Origin: Cystobasidiomycetes sp. EMM_F5
Taxonomy: Eukaryota
Direction of reading: 5' to 3'
Assembly: GCA_051047955.1 (NCBI GenBank)
Contig: JBPGPT010000003.1
Location: 558,001 to 622,000, forward strand
DNA length: 64,000 bases
Shown here: in pieces, positions 33,895-47,223 of the stretch
Numbering within the stretch: position 1 is the first letter of the stretch
How the letters are laid out: the number at the start of each line of letters is the position of its first letter
Notes under the pieces: model-generated
Told to the model about the DNA's origin: nothing
The model's input: only the letters and a program-made list of their open reading frames with translations
The model's database searches: none
Program-made: the position numbers and the translations under genes

Positions 33895-36571
33895 CTACAG
33901 TACGTACGTGAAAAAGTCTGCATCGTCTCCATCATCCGTCTGCAGCTCCTTCTGTTGTAGCGTCCACGGCCCCCTTGCGGCGTTTCTGGCATCCTTGCGG
34001 CGGTTGGCTGCCCGGAGATATACCCACATGACGCCTGCAAGTACAGCTGACATCACCAGCCAGGCGAGACACATGGCCAACCCCTTGTAGTATCGCGGAG
34101 CGTCAGTTGCTGGATAAATGAATGAACTGATCTGTGGCATGAGAAAGCGCGTTAGCTACACGGAATCTAGGATTGGCGGTCCGTATGTCACGTACAATAC
34201 CGCCGCCGTTTCCAACAGACACAACTACGGCTATGCCGACACCTCTTTTGATTGCTCCACCTGAAACATTGGAATGTCAGCCAAAGCCATCCCTGCGATT
34301 TTAATGCCCGTACCGATGTTGTTGCTTCCCCAACTCAGTACCAGTGGAATGAGCTGTTTCAACATCACGACTTCAGCGGATATAGACTCTAACATCCGTG
34401 ATTCTAACCCACCGGATACGAGCCCGCAGCTGCCAAGTGTAGCCCGGTGTAATTTACTCCTGGAATGTTAGTACATAGAACCAGCAGGAAACCAATTGCG
34501 CCAACAAGAGCAAAGAAGATGACGAAAGGTGCACGTATCCTGTACTTGTCGCTGAGATAGCCAGCAGTAATCGTAGTGATGGCACCTATGAACGGATCGA
34601 TGAGCTTAAGCAGCGTTTTCATGATGACGGACTAGCCTAAAATGTATGGCGGAACTGAAAGGAGCTGGATCGCCAGGCCATTAGTCTATATTCTAGTGCG
34701 CTCAGATGCCTTCTCACTGACCTGAGCATTTGCAGCGGAATAGCCCAAGTTGGCAGTGAGGGTCGGCGAGAAGCTGGCAAGGAGATGCTCGTCATGAGAC
34801 ATAAACACACTACACGCTGGCGCTTCGACTTACAGAGAAAAGCAGTAAACGGGCATCAAGCCTCCCTGGTACATCAAACTGTTATGCATAGTTAGTTCTG
34901 ATAGACAAATGGTATGACAAGCACCCACGAAAACGCCCAGATCTTCCAGTCAAGTAGACCTTGCAGCACAAACTTTGTCTTGTATTCAGAAGACAGTCCA
35001 TCCTGATCTTGCCTGAGGCGCTGCTGGATGAAGGTACGTTCCGCAGGAGAAAGGAATTTTGCAGTGTCTGCAGTGCACTTCAGTGATGCGGACAAGAATG
35101 GACCCGGTAAGCGTACCTGGATAGTCATACAGCATCCAGAAAGAAGCGAACGCGATCACGACTGAAGTCAAGATGGCGGAGATGTCAGTACAGAAATAAT
35201 GGAATGTAGAAGGCGCTGCACCTGTAGCAATGCCCTCCAGGATGAAAATCCATCTCTATATAATGAGAACTCTACTCAGCAAATGCAGTATAATCACGCC
35301 GAGATTGTGCCGCACCCAACCCTTGCGCAAAACCCTCAGCAAGGATCACAATATAAATTGGCAATACAACGGCGGATGCTCACCTGCAGACCTGAAGTAC
35401 CGTCCATTAGATTAATGAGTCGTCTGCATTGGGCGTAAGTCAGTACGAAAGTTTAGCCAGATACGCAAGCACGGTCTCACGCAAGCAGTCCGCCGAAGGC
35501 GCCTAATCAGATTGCAATCAGCTGGACGTACCAAGCGCTCCACAAGGGATCCTGCTCACCAGCCATGGTAGCTGCCGAAAAGAACAACGCAATACGGAAA
35601 TTGATCTCATACCGTCGATACCACAAAGTGAGAAAGTACGAAACGCCCGGGAATAGACCCTGTTGTACAAGTCAGCCTGACACGCAAAATTTGGTGGAGT
35701 ATCACGGACAGCCTCGGTCAATCCGAGGAGGATCCGGGTCACCAGTAGCTCGGTGAAGTTGTGAACGAAGCCCATGCCTGCAGCGAGGACAGCATAAGAA
35801 AGAGGGCCAGGAACTTGGAAGCAAAAGCGGGCGCACCTATGATCACAGCCCCCCACTGTCATACGACTCTTGTTAGAAGAAGGTCCGGCCTGCAGTCAAC
35901 ATCGAGACTGCCTCACCGCAATCATAATCAATGGGAGCCACATTGAGGGACGCCATATCTTTAGGATGACGTTTGATGGCACTGTAACAGACAGACTCTT
36001 AGTCCCATGCAGCCTCTATCGACTTTCTCGGACTACACTGACCCTCAAAAAGAATGTAAAATGCGAAGAATACCGCCAAGCAAGCCGAGTATTCCGTTAC
36101 CGTCATACCCAAATTGACCCGCAGACCAAAGAGGTTCTATGTATGGACATCCTGTATGTATCAGTAATCAATCGTGTACGGGCGAAATACCGTGGCGCAC
36201 TGCATTGCCAATGTTGGTTCTGCCGGGCCGCAAAAGTCAATTACATTGCCAGACTGATAAGTAACATCAATCTGTATTGCTCACCTATCGAGAAAGCTGA
36301 GCAGATACAGGAGCTGGCATAGAAGTCAGCTAACGATCGATACAATTTAAGGCTCGTCCGGTTAAGGTCCTTCGCGTCGCCAGTATTGCAGGAAAACGAA
36401 ACGGATCAGGCAGTACGTCATTGCACTCACCGACAGCCATGGCAGGATGCGGATGTCACATTTGCGAATTAGGCGCTTCTCGTCTACGTTAAGCGTTTTG
36501 GCGTCGAATTCCGGAGTGGAGTGGCCGTCTTCTATGGCCTCAAAAGCAGGCTTATCCATTATGGGAACCAT
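33895..36571 (-). CDS. MFS transporter, Tna1/Dal5 (ACS) family; heavily fragmented by introns
   Basis: EKRLIRKCDIRILPWL, LDRTNIGNA, GAFGGLLA, GLQGWRWIFILEG, SVPPY, SDKYRIRAPF, DAPRYYKG, FFTYVL-stop. Confidence 0.9.
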
Positions 36572-36956
36572 GCGGGAAACCTTGCGGATCCGCCGAAGAG
36601 GACGGTATTGGGAGTGATTCTGAACGAAGAGCCAGAATAGATGACTCTCTCGTACGAATGGAAGAGACAGTAGAAACAGAAGGATCGCGGTATCCTGACA
36701 AGGGCTTGCAATTGAAATCCGCTGCCGCCCGCGCAATCGAAAATAGGGGCACGCTGGAGAATCCGGGGAAGCTTGGCCCTAGCATGCGCAATAACGTTAT
36801 CTACCAACTTCCCATATTCGCGAATGCATGCATGTCGTTACACATCGGCTGCAACAACGATCAGCGTAAGTGTATAGGACGCCGCATTGGTGCAAGATGA
36901 AGATGGACGAGCCTCATACAATACTTTATTCGCCTCAACCGCTGATAATTGTCCAT

Positions 36957-39900
36957 CTACACCCAACCAGCATCGGAGGCGTCCGTAACAAAAGCCTGCT
37001 TTCCAGGCGACGCCTGTTGTGCTCCGTAATGTCGATGCCGTTCTTCCGAGGCGTCCTCCATATTGTATTCTTCGTGATGCATCTCGTCTTCGTAACCCAG
37101 CTTGACGAAGTAGCCCTGAATCACGATCTTTTCGCTGTCCTCGGCAGTCTGACACATGAAGATGCCGTCCCAAGAGTTTTCACTGATGTGACAGATCATT
37201 CAGCTAATGCGAAAATGCCAACTTTTTCCGGAAGCCTTACTGCGCCAGCGTTGCCATGTGATTAATGACACTTTTCGTACTTACGGTTGAGCCAGTCTTT
37301 GGATATACCTCCTGGAAAGGGGCAGGAGCGGGGTCGGGAAGGATCACCATACCTGGCTCAATCTCCTCTCCTTCCATAAAGACGGGAAATTCTTCCACGT
37401 CCCAGTCGTCTCTGTCATCTCCGAGGCCGTCGTCGATACGTTTCAAAGCTGACTGTGGTGTACGTGCAGCGGCCGCTTGACTAAATACAACGGGGTCTGA
37501 TCCTTTGTTGGCAGTGTGGGGCGTAACAGTTCCATCATCCCAAACAGGTCCTCTGCCATTAGCCGAGTCGCGAGATGGCAAATCGAGACCAAAGGCAGGG
37601 GACGCCCTAGTCGCTACGAATTCTCTGGTTGATGGCTGGCCCCACAATGCCTCTACTGAATGTACAGTCTGATTCGCTGGCGACTCCGCTTGTAAAGGAA
37701 CATTAGGGGTGGCTTGTCTAGCGGACTGTATGAGGTCGGTAGAGCGCCATCCTGTCGCACTGACCGGAGAATTTCTGATTGCGCCTACATCATTAATCGC
37801 AGAAATTGCAGGGGTCGCCTTACGTGAAGGCGTTCGGGCGGGCGAATGGCGCACCGGCGTAGCTGCTGAGAGATCTGCTTCTGTACCAGATGCATTAATG
37901 CCGGCTGCCAGTGTGTTTTTTTGGTCCGTCCTCTGTATAGAGAGATCTGTATAATCTTCCGGCGACGTCCGTCTTGACTCGACAGACCTGACACTGTGCG
38001 TATCGCCAGCCTTCTCAGCATGTGGGAGACTCGTGTTGGACACCAAAGTAGTCTTCGGCGTTCTGAGAGATCCTGAGCCTACTCTGGAAGCTGCTGGAGA
38101 GATTACTGCCAGCAATGGCGAAACCAAACCAGGTACAACTGTTGAATCGATGTGATCTTTTGCATTCGCCGTACCGACTGCTAAAGACTGTCTTGATGGC
38201 GATCTTTCTGTGATTGCGGCAGGAGAAGTCCTAGCGGACGTTACTGACGGTTTGGGTGATAGCTTACTAGATCGAATATCTCCGACCACTCCGCCAGGAA
38301 AAGCATTGTCTACACGCGAATGCAACTCGCTAGTGATAGGAAGCGGTGTTGGTGATGGTACATTTGTTTCCCATGCGTCGGGACCCACGTCTGTGACAAG
38401 GGAAAACAGAGGTTTGTCATCTGATGTCACCGAGATGTTGTCAGAGCTCTGGAATCGTGCAACTGGGTCAACGAGGGGCGAGATCACGCTACGCGATGGA
38501 CTCGATTTATTCTGGATGGGAGGTGCAACGGACGGCGAGCGAGATGCACTGTGCAAGGAAAGTCTCGGATCGGCAACAGAGTGCCGCGCACTCGAAGCAC
38601 CCGAATCCCGCTTGTTGCGGACTTCCCCGCCCGCTGCGGCTGCCGTTGGAGTTTCAGCGGCGACGGACAGCATAGGTGTCTCAGTTGCTCTCTCGTCACT
38701 ATGTATCAGAGCTATCGGCTTAGCAGCTGTACTCATACCCGCCTCATTGACGGGAGGCGTGTCTGTCCGCCTAGATCTTGCCGCCGATACTGGCTCGAGT
38801 TGGTTGCCATCCGCGTCTCTCGGGGATTCAATGGCGGCCCATCGATCTGGTACAGTGGACTCGACGAGTCCTCGCGGAGTCTGCTCTGTTTCATTGGCGT
38901 CGTAATAGTCATTATGCAGTGTGTCTGGCATCGCGCTTGCAGGAGTGTCGCGAGGCCGAGGAGACTTGAGATACATCTGTCCAACATCATCGACGGCCTG
39001 CAGATCCTGAGGTATCGACCTTGGGGTACCTTTCATACGTAGGGGTTCGCCAATGTACGATAATTTAGGGGACGAAGGACTCAATGATTGCTTGAATCTT
39101 GCTATTGGCGTTGGCAATGCGTTCAGCATGTCGTAAACTTGACTGTGCCCTGCATCGCCGGGGCTGATGCCGTCGTTATGCCGTGAGAGACTACGTCTTT
39201 CAGATGCTTGCAGTAGTGGCACAAAGGGTGGGGTTTGCGTCATTTTCGGTATGGTCTTACCGAAACCCGTCAAGTTATAGGCCGCATCGCTAGGACTTTT
39301 GGCAGGAAGTGACTCGCTTACATGTTGTTGCTGAAATTGTTGTGACTCGCCATGTGCAGCCATAGCTTGAAGTGACCGATGTGCCGCGTGTTCAGCCTCA
39401 TCAAGTGAATGGAGATGCATTTGTTCCTTCCTCGCCAGCTCCGCCTCTTGTGCCTCTACTTCAGCTATTTCCCGGCGCAAGGCGGCCGTCTCCTCCTCTG
39501 CTGCCAAAGCTGCTACATTTGCAGCTGGGTTCGGATGACCTACTCTATTTCTCCTGACAGGGTCATCGATGGGAACTGACGGTAAGTGCAAGAGGTCCGC
39601 ACGCGCCACAGGCGCGATCGAGTCCGTCAACACAACCGGTAAAGTCTTCCGTGGGACGGGCGTCGTGGACGATGTTGCGCCAGTAGGAACAATAAGCTGC
39701 TGTCGAGGGTGTCGTGCATGGCTGCGGCCTTCTTCATCGAGCAAGATTTCCTTCTGCCGTAACTCGCTTTCAAAGCGTTCACGCAATGTCAAGGCTTGAT
39801 CAGCTTTAGCCAGGGCCACTGCCTTTCGCAAGAATGCTTGACGTTCCTGCTCCTCCAGGCTTGTGTAGAACTGCAGTTGATCTTGGTGCGGCATCGCTAA

Positions 39901-42021
39901 AAACTCTAGAACACGATCGCGTTTTCGTGCTTTAGATGCAATGGGTGTCGGATCCAATCTGTTCAACTGAGGTCGCTGTGTTGGTAGCTCGTTAATTTTG
40001 GGAACGACTACAGGTGTCCTGCCAGCTGCTATATTCGCTTCGACCTGCTGTAACGCCAAGTCCAGTAATTGGGCGTCTGTCGATTTTGCCAGCCTGTTCA
40101 AATCTAAGCCTGCAATGGAAGCAGCAGGATGTTGTAGCAAAAGAGTCCGCAATTTTTCGAGCCGCTCCTGTTGTAGTACGTGTTTCTCCCGATGCTGCAA
40201 CTCTTGCTGTGGAATCTGTATTTTCTCCAATTCTAAAGCCTCTTTCTTGCGCTTCGCGGCAGCGATCCGTTCTTGTAAACTGGCTGTCGGAGCGGAAGTA
40301 GCTTGTCGCGACGCGTCGATTTTGGCGTTGTTCAATCGGTATTGCTCGTACCGTTGCCGTTCTTCGACTTTGTCTAGTTGAGCATGCTGAGCAGCAAGTC
40401 GCTTCCGCTCTGAAAGATTGTCTGACCGCCGAGCGAGTGACAGCTGCGTCTCCCCATACGAAGGAAGACCTTGGTTGGGCCTTGATTGCTGCGACCGCGA
40501 CTTGCCTCTCGCGTCTGCGACGGGGAACAATGGTGCATCCCAGAGCGGTTTGGCGCGGTTGTCTAGGCTTCCATCAAGCGTGCCCGCACCGACAGGTCGC
40601 GCCAGTAATTCGGTGTCAACAAGAGGCTGCGTTTTTGTAGATTTCCCGTAGGCTGAGCGATGGCTTTGACGGTTACCCGTATTGCGACTCGCAAAATCAC
40701 CGGTATCATCATTTCCAAAGCCACCAAAACCTGAGCCATTACCTGGGCCGAAAAGATCATCGTCATCACTTGTATCGCCGCGCACTGCAGGCGAGCTGCG
40801 AGAGGAGAACTATCGTCAGTACGGACAAGGCAAGTAACGGGAGAGACTCCCCGTACTCGAAGAAAGCATCATCAACCCGTAGATCAGTTGGCATACCAGG
40901 GGTGTGAAGCGTCTTCACTTTATCGGTTGATGGTCTCGATCGATACGCGTCCCCGACGTTATTTGAAAAAATGTCGGCCGTCCCTGGAAGTAGGTGGTAA
41001 TTCTGTCGAAATTGATAAGCACGTAGCTGGAATAGTCGGGACAGAGGCGCACATCAACTACAATTCGAGCTGGAAGGCCCGACTCTTTGAGCTTTTGCTG
41101 CATTCCTTCGAGCTCCTTGCGTGCTTCTTGTCGCCTCAAAATTTGCTGTTCGCGGCTAAGTTTAACTCTGAATCTGATGAGATCAGAGTCGGCTTACCAG
41201 CTTAAGTACCTCCATACGAGCTAATTTGTGTTCCAGCTCCGCCTGTTTCTGCTGCTCTGCGAGTGTCGGCCCGGCATTTTCAAGTTTCTTGCCCGCAGCG
41301 AGCGCTTCCGTCTTCTTCTTCAGTTCCTGTAGATACAACTTCTGTGCTGCGGAAATTTCGGCGTTACTTCCTATGTCTTTCGTACTAGCCTTGTTCCGGA
41401 CGACAAGGTCTGTACTGTTGGCACCTTCCTCATTGGCCCCTTCTACGAGCTTTTTGATGCGCTGTAGTTGTCCATTGGCTACTTGCGCTTGTAAGCGCTT
41501 CCTTTCCAGATCAAGGAGTTGACGTTCCACGTCGACTTGTTCTTCAGTCTTTGCCACCCAGGGTCGAGCGGAAACGTCCGACAGAATGGTTTGGAAGGCT
41601 GTAGCAAGGCGACCGCTGCCCACAGGACGTTGAGGCTCGTTGCTGGCGACAGGCGCGGTATCTTGCTCGTCAGCCCTCTTGGTTGGCCGCCGCGTCGGCA
41701 AGCTGACAATTCGCAATAGTCTGCCAACACCTCTAGATGACGATTGTGCGGGTTTGTCAGCGTTGTCGTTGTGGGTGGTCAGAGGAATGTCAGAGCTGAT
41801 ACTTCGATGTAGCTCTGGTGATGGGGCCTTTCGAGCTGCCTGACGTTGTTCGCGTAGTTCCAGTTGTTGCTGCCTGAAGTTGGCCAATCTGCCATCATCT
41901 CTGTCTCCAAGCTGCACGACAGGCGGAAAAGTGAGTCGTGTTATGGCATGAGTACGGTTGCATGCAATCGCACCTCCTGCATGAGCTGGTCCAGCGCTCG
42001 AGCGGCTTCTGCAGATACCAT
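36957..42021 (-). CDS. Large hypothetical protein with coiled-coil and Ser/Pro-rich disordered regions
   Basis: A 1182-codon open exon plus flanking exons joined by plausible GT-AG introns. No recognised domain; both ends are uncertain. Confidence 0.65.
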
Positions 42022-42585
42022 ACTGTAGTAACGGGATGCTGGCTCGTTCGACACGTCTGTCGCTATTCTGTGGATCTGGTCAGTACATCAGTGCATATTA
42101 CAGTATGCCGAAGTAGTATCGGTGAGGTGTTGAGCGGTAGCCGACGTTGTTTTAGAGCAGCACGCAGCCCCAAAGCCGTACTGCATCGCAACGGCTTTGG
42201 AACATTGGTCATTCTGTCTACTTGAGGTGGAAGAAGTCTGGTCAGGCGTCTATGCAGCAAAGTCCACTGCACTTGCTGGCTGAGGCACCCAGCATCAATT
42301 CATGCCTTCAATGCCGACTGGCCGAGCTTCTGCAATGTTCGAATTCGCGCAAGGGAGCTTGACAGATTGGGTTTCAGACTGGTGACACGTCTTGCTGCGA
42401 TAACTTGAAGCTGAAGCCCGTGTACCGAGGAGTACTGGAGAACCGGTCGGATTGAGAGAAGGAAACGAGCCAAGTATATGTACATCTAATATCCGTTCAA
42501 CACAACCGAGCCGATACATACAACGAAGCAATGCGGAGTAAAATGATGGCTTCCATCGGCACGAAGTGTCCATGGCTGTCAGACT

Positions 42586-43477
42586 TCATCCGACAGTAGA
42601 CATGTAAGGCCTGCTCAGCAGGGTCTTGCCTTCGTCCGCTTGTCGAGCCTTTCGTGACCTAGCGATAGGTTCCATGATAGCCCAGCCTAACAAATATGCT
42701 CCGACAGCAACACCGAGTAAAATCCAATACGCAATGCGAATACCCCGCGGCGTGAGCGTCATTGAGTCCGAACTTTCATCCCATTCGCCGAATCCCGTGT
42801 ACACCTGCGCATACAGGACGGCGGTAGCTGCTATTCCCAAGAAGATGTGCCAGTATCTGAGCACGCTGCGACCACGATTGAACGTCACATCATTAAATGA
42901 GGGAGGTTTGGTGTATCTTGCAGCGATTCCAAACAGATATTGCACCATGAATATGAGAAAGGCCTGAGTATAGCACATTAGCGTATTGGACCCTGCCTCT
43001 ACTGGCGATGCTTGCGTACGGCCAATCCCAACTTGTGATGCAGATCTGAATGTGGACCAAAGTATTGGTTCGGATCACGGAGAGCTGCATTGCCTAGTGC
43101 GAATGTGATGACAATCAAAGCCATCGCCAACGTCTGGAGGGAGAGATGAACGACATTCCAGTGGCGCCAAGTTCTGAGGTACCTTGCGACCAGTATTGCA
43201 GCAGGAATCACGACAAGCGTTGCCAGCGACCCCAGAACAGCTGTGTTCAGGTACGGGAATAAGCGGGCTGCAGACACATTGTCTACGAGATCTCGTACCA
43301 TGGGCAACAATATATCTGTCATGCTTGCTCTGACCGATAGAAGGTGGAGACTGCGCGCTCATGCTCCGACACTTGTTTGTCGAGTCGTGCTGGAAACGGT
43401 GGTGTAAACAAATGAGAGGACTTGGGTACACGTTCTGAATTTCGTGACAGTGAGCGATACGTTGAAAGCATCTCCAT
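42586..43477 (-). CDS. Cytochrome b561-domain (CYBDOM-type) membrane protein
   Basis: Four heme-ligand His in TM context: YIVAH-AVLG, WNVVHLSLQ, DLHHKLGL, RYWHIFLG. Start is uncertain. Confidence 0.8.
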
Positions 43478-43851
43478 TCTGTACGGCACGCTGCTGTCAG
43501 GATCGAGTGGTCGATTAGCTGGAAAACATGTCATTCGCCGCAGCAACGATCTGGCATCGGCGCAGCCGTCGATATCTCGTAAGGGTCCGCGATGACACAT
43601 TATGGAGATTTAGGTCCAAAGAGAAAATCTATAAATAGATTGATCTGCGCAAAACTAGCCGACAGCAAAGCTGACATTATCACTCTCCAACCTCTGCTAT
43701 TAGGGTTCAGATGAGAGGAGTGAAGGCATGGTCGATGAATGGAGGGTCTTGGTCGTTTGGGGCTCGCCTTCGTCTTGACAATCTCCCTGAGGCCTGTTCG
43801 GCTCAGCAGCTCATTGTGGATTCAGATGTAAGGTTTAATGTGACCAGGTAA

Positions 43852-44816
43852 TCAGAGCATTGGAACAACCGAGACTGCGTCACCAATGGCCTGCATCCCG
43901 CCCGCCGGATCTGCATGGATTCGCATATTGACAATTCCGTTCGCACCGACGCCAATGGCTTTGGCAGTGAGCATCTCCATGATGGCCAGTCGAGCGAAGG
44001 TCAAGTCGCCCATATACATTGCTGGAGGATACCATGCTTCTACAGGACACAGGAATACCATTGTTTGGTATCCCACGATAACCTGATCCCAGCAATTAGC
44101 TTGCAATCACTGTGTTCGGATTGGAGAACCCCACCGGTGCTACTGTAACAGGAATACCGTTGAAGACGTCCAATTGCCCGTGCATGTACGGATCAGCAAA
44201 TCCCGGTACAGGAACAGGGACTGGAACAGGGACCGGTAATGCAGCGGGTACCGGGACAGGCGTTGGGACATGCGCAATCGGAGGCGGCAAGGGAGGAAGC
44301 GCAAGGACCATGTCATTCATGGGATTGACCAGGGGCACGGGAAAGGAGGCAATTTGTGGTTCTGTACATTCAACAAGTTAGACGCGTCACGACGACCATG
44401 GAAGAAACCATACTGTACGCAGGAGCAGTAGAAAGCCGCGCCAAGCGGTTGTTGAGCATGCTCATAAGGCTTAATTCGGGCATGTAGCTGGTCGGCCCGT
44501 AATTTGCAACCATCTCTTCAGCATCGATGACATTAGCAAGATCATTTTGCATGACTGATTTGCAACACAAGCTCATCAGCATGAGCAGAACAGCAAGATT
44601 TTTTCTTAGACACCGGAACTCACGCTGTCTGCTAGTTTTCCAATTTTCTTTAGCAATGTGCGAGTTATGACGATCCGTTTCATATTGCAGTTCGGCTACT
44701 CGTCGAGAATAGGACTTAGCATGCCTGTAATGTTGCGAGATAAGCTTGATTCATGGAGAACAACTTGTCATGTCTCACCAGGGTCTAGCGCTGACGATGT
44801 CGAACGATCCGACCAT
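43852..44816 (-). CDS. Hypothetical protein with Pro/Val-rich linker and C-terminal YbjQ/UPF0145-like domain
   Basis: Spliced IPVTVAP-VIVGYQTMVFL...ARLAIMEMLTAKAIGVGANGIVNMR...AIGDAV resembles the YbjQ pattern (A-x-x-x-GANAV...GTAV); PVPVPVPVP repeat. Confidence 0.6.
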
Positions 44817-45085
44817 GTTGCAAGTCACTGGCTGTTTGGTTCACCAACGGCGCACTGTGATGCTTTGGCGAAACGAAGAGAGTGACACATATCACTTCTC
44901 GGATACTCGCGTGTCCTTTATGAATGTTTGTACGATGGACACCTCTCCGCGTCTTTGCCGCCCCTTGTGGAGCAGCAAGGCATTTTGCTGGAAGGGATGG
45001 CAGAGTATCATAGTGTGGGTTTGCCTGAGATTTCAGCTCACACATGCAAAACTAGATTGGGCCCTGCACGGTGTCTGAACGGATA

Positions 45086-45745
45086 TCAGTCCTCCTGCTC
45101 GCCATCCTGGAGGCTGTCATTCGATGAGTGCTCATCGTCATCTCGCGGCTCGGTTTTGACAGCACCAGCTTCTCCACCAGCAGTAGCCTCTTGACCATTC
45201 TTGCGAGCTTTCTTGCGTGGCGGCTCTGAGCGTTGTAGCTATAAATTACCTTAGCACTTCAGCAATCGCAACGTCGGATTGACACCGTAAGGACATACGT
45301 TACGGTACTTTGCCAAGTAGATGAGGAGTACATCAGCGTACGCATCGAAACCTAGCGTTCTAAGTGACGTGAGGATATCGTCTCCGGTGATGGTTTTGCG
45401 TTTTTCATTGATGGCTCGTTCTGCTGCTTCAGACGTGATGAAGCTTATGAATTCCGAAGTGCACTCTTGCACGCATTCTGGCGTTGCAAAATTGAGCATC
45501 CAGACAGACTAGTAATCAGTCTGGATTGCCGTACTTGCATGAGATCAATTAGCCGAACCTTTGGCGTCCTTCGAGATCTTGGAGCTCTCAGGCAAAGCGC
45601 TCTTCATGAGGCGCTGTATGTTGTTGATGGGCAGAAACCTGTCCTGCTCTCGATATCCTCCAATTTCAGTCTCTGTAATTTCTTGCTGTTTCTGCTCGTC
45701 CGGCGTGATAGCGGTCCCGCCGGCTGGAGCCAGTTGACGAGACAT
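45086..45745 (-). CDS. HAP3: CCAAT-binding factor subunit NF-YB (Hap3/HapC), histone fold
   Basis: [56 protein letters not shown]-like PPRKKARK. Confidence 0.95.
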
Positions 45746-45986
45746 CTTCGAGCATATGTCGTCGTAACTGGTTGCACCGAATCGGTTTGCGCGAAAGTGA
45801 CATGCAAGTACAGAACAATCCCGACCTGCCCGCCGTGCTTATCTGATTAGATGTGCAATCGGGATCCTCATTGCATACGACTGCATGCCATTGTGAGCAG
45901 ACACTGAGCGACTACATCAACTAATATGACGAGCGCAACCTCTAAACTTCAGCTCGAAACTTATGGCGCATTGGAGAGTACACGAC

Positions 45987-46813
45987 CTATTTAGACTTTG
46001 GATGCGCGTACTCTGGGTATGTTGGCTTGTAGCCAAGCAGCCGCTGACCGATCCAGTACGCGCATACGTGGTGCAAGGAAGTCAATATGGGGATGGGTAC
46101 CCAAACATCTGGAGTGAGCACAACATCTGCATCGTAAAGGAAGAGCAAAAGCTGAAACAGCGATGGTTCCATTTTGGCCGCCTCGCAATCGACCAGATAT
46201 GAGACCTGTAGCACGATACTTTGTCTATCAGCACATGAGACGAGTCGTCGGATGGGCTATAGGGTGCTCACAAAGTTTCGCAAAAACATCTCGTCAAAAC
46301 CATGGTCGAGATTTTGTGGGCTCACCCAAACTCGAAACTTCAGATCCTCCTTTGACGATGGATCACAATAAAAGGTGTGGCTGAAAGTGTGTACGTGAGT
46401 GGTTGGTAGACCCCTGCACGAGATTGTAAGCTTACCGAATTCCAGGCGGGATGGATATCTCGCCGTCAGCGCTCGTGACTTTGTAAACTTGTCCACCCTT
46501 TCTGACGGCGAGAGTGCCCGAAAGCACCTTGAAAGTCTCGGTCTGTCTCAAATGAACATGGCTGCGAACAAAATGCGCGTCAACTGCCAACCCGTTCACA
46601 ACGCTATCACTATGCTCACAGGGGAGGCCCAGATTTGCCCTCACGGACCATAGGCCGCGCTATATAGTGCGTCTCTGTTGCCGCTGTGTAGCCATCGGCG
46701 GTGGTCTGCCATTGATACAGGATGTTGTTGGACACGCTCGTGAGCTCAGCTCGGTTGACGGAAGCTACTCGAGGAGGACGAGCCGACAGCCAGTTCTGCC
46801 AAGCGTAAACCAT
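45987..46813 (-). CDS. Cupin (RmlC-like) domain protein
   Basis: GPPL-HVHLRQTETFKVLSG (cupin motif 1), IPPGIR-HTF (motif 2), C-terminal LLGYKPTYPEY. Confidence 0.82.
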
Positions 46814-47223
46814 TGTTGCAGAGTCTGGACAAGTAGCGGCAGCTGTTGAGATGCGCAGAGGTGACTGTGTCCGTCAGGCGTCTGCTCAGTCGTCGGCTGT
46901 CATGAAGCGGTGGCTCGATTCGGCGTCCCTCCCCGACAAGTCAGCATGCGGTGAACGAGGCCAGCCCAGCGCAATGCTGTGTGATGACTACTATATATGA
47001 TATCATGTTACAGGCGCAGACTTGTCAAAACATGGCGAGTTTGTCATTCCGAGACAAGGCATCGTCATAGTGGATCAAGCCGGATCTTGAAACTATTTTG
47101 AGCAGACTTCGAGTCGCTAATCGTTTTCGCACAACTCTCACAATAATGATACTGCTCCTGGCACTGCTTTCCTACCTGCCGACGTAACTTTGTACCGGAA
47201 TCCCGAAACTGATTGCGCGAGCC

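Noticed and set aside
2190..36571. Secondary-metabolite gene cluster (thioesterase, GliT-like, FMO, MFS)
   Set aside because: No PKS, NRPS or terpene backbone gene, and the genes are interspersed with housekeeping loci.
41183..41200. Intron read-through ORF ends in VSRL (PTS1-like)
   Set aside because: It derives from the GTAAGC donor consensus; no support for a peroxisomal isoform.
37265..41843. Numerous + strand ORFs (up to 231 aa) opposite the large gene; similar antisense ORFs occur throughout the window
   Set aside because: Shadow ORFs of coding exons with no independent domain signal.
44083..44110. Apparent 28-nt ultra-short intron
   Set aside because: The upstream in-phase donor GTGGGG (44134) gives a normal 52-nt intron and a better YbjQ-like alignment.
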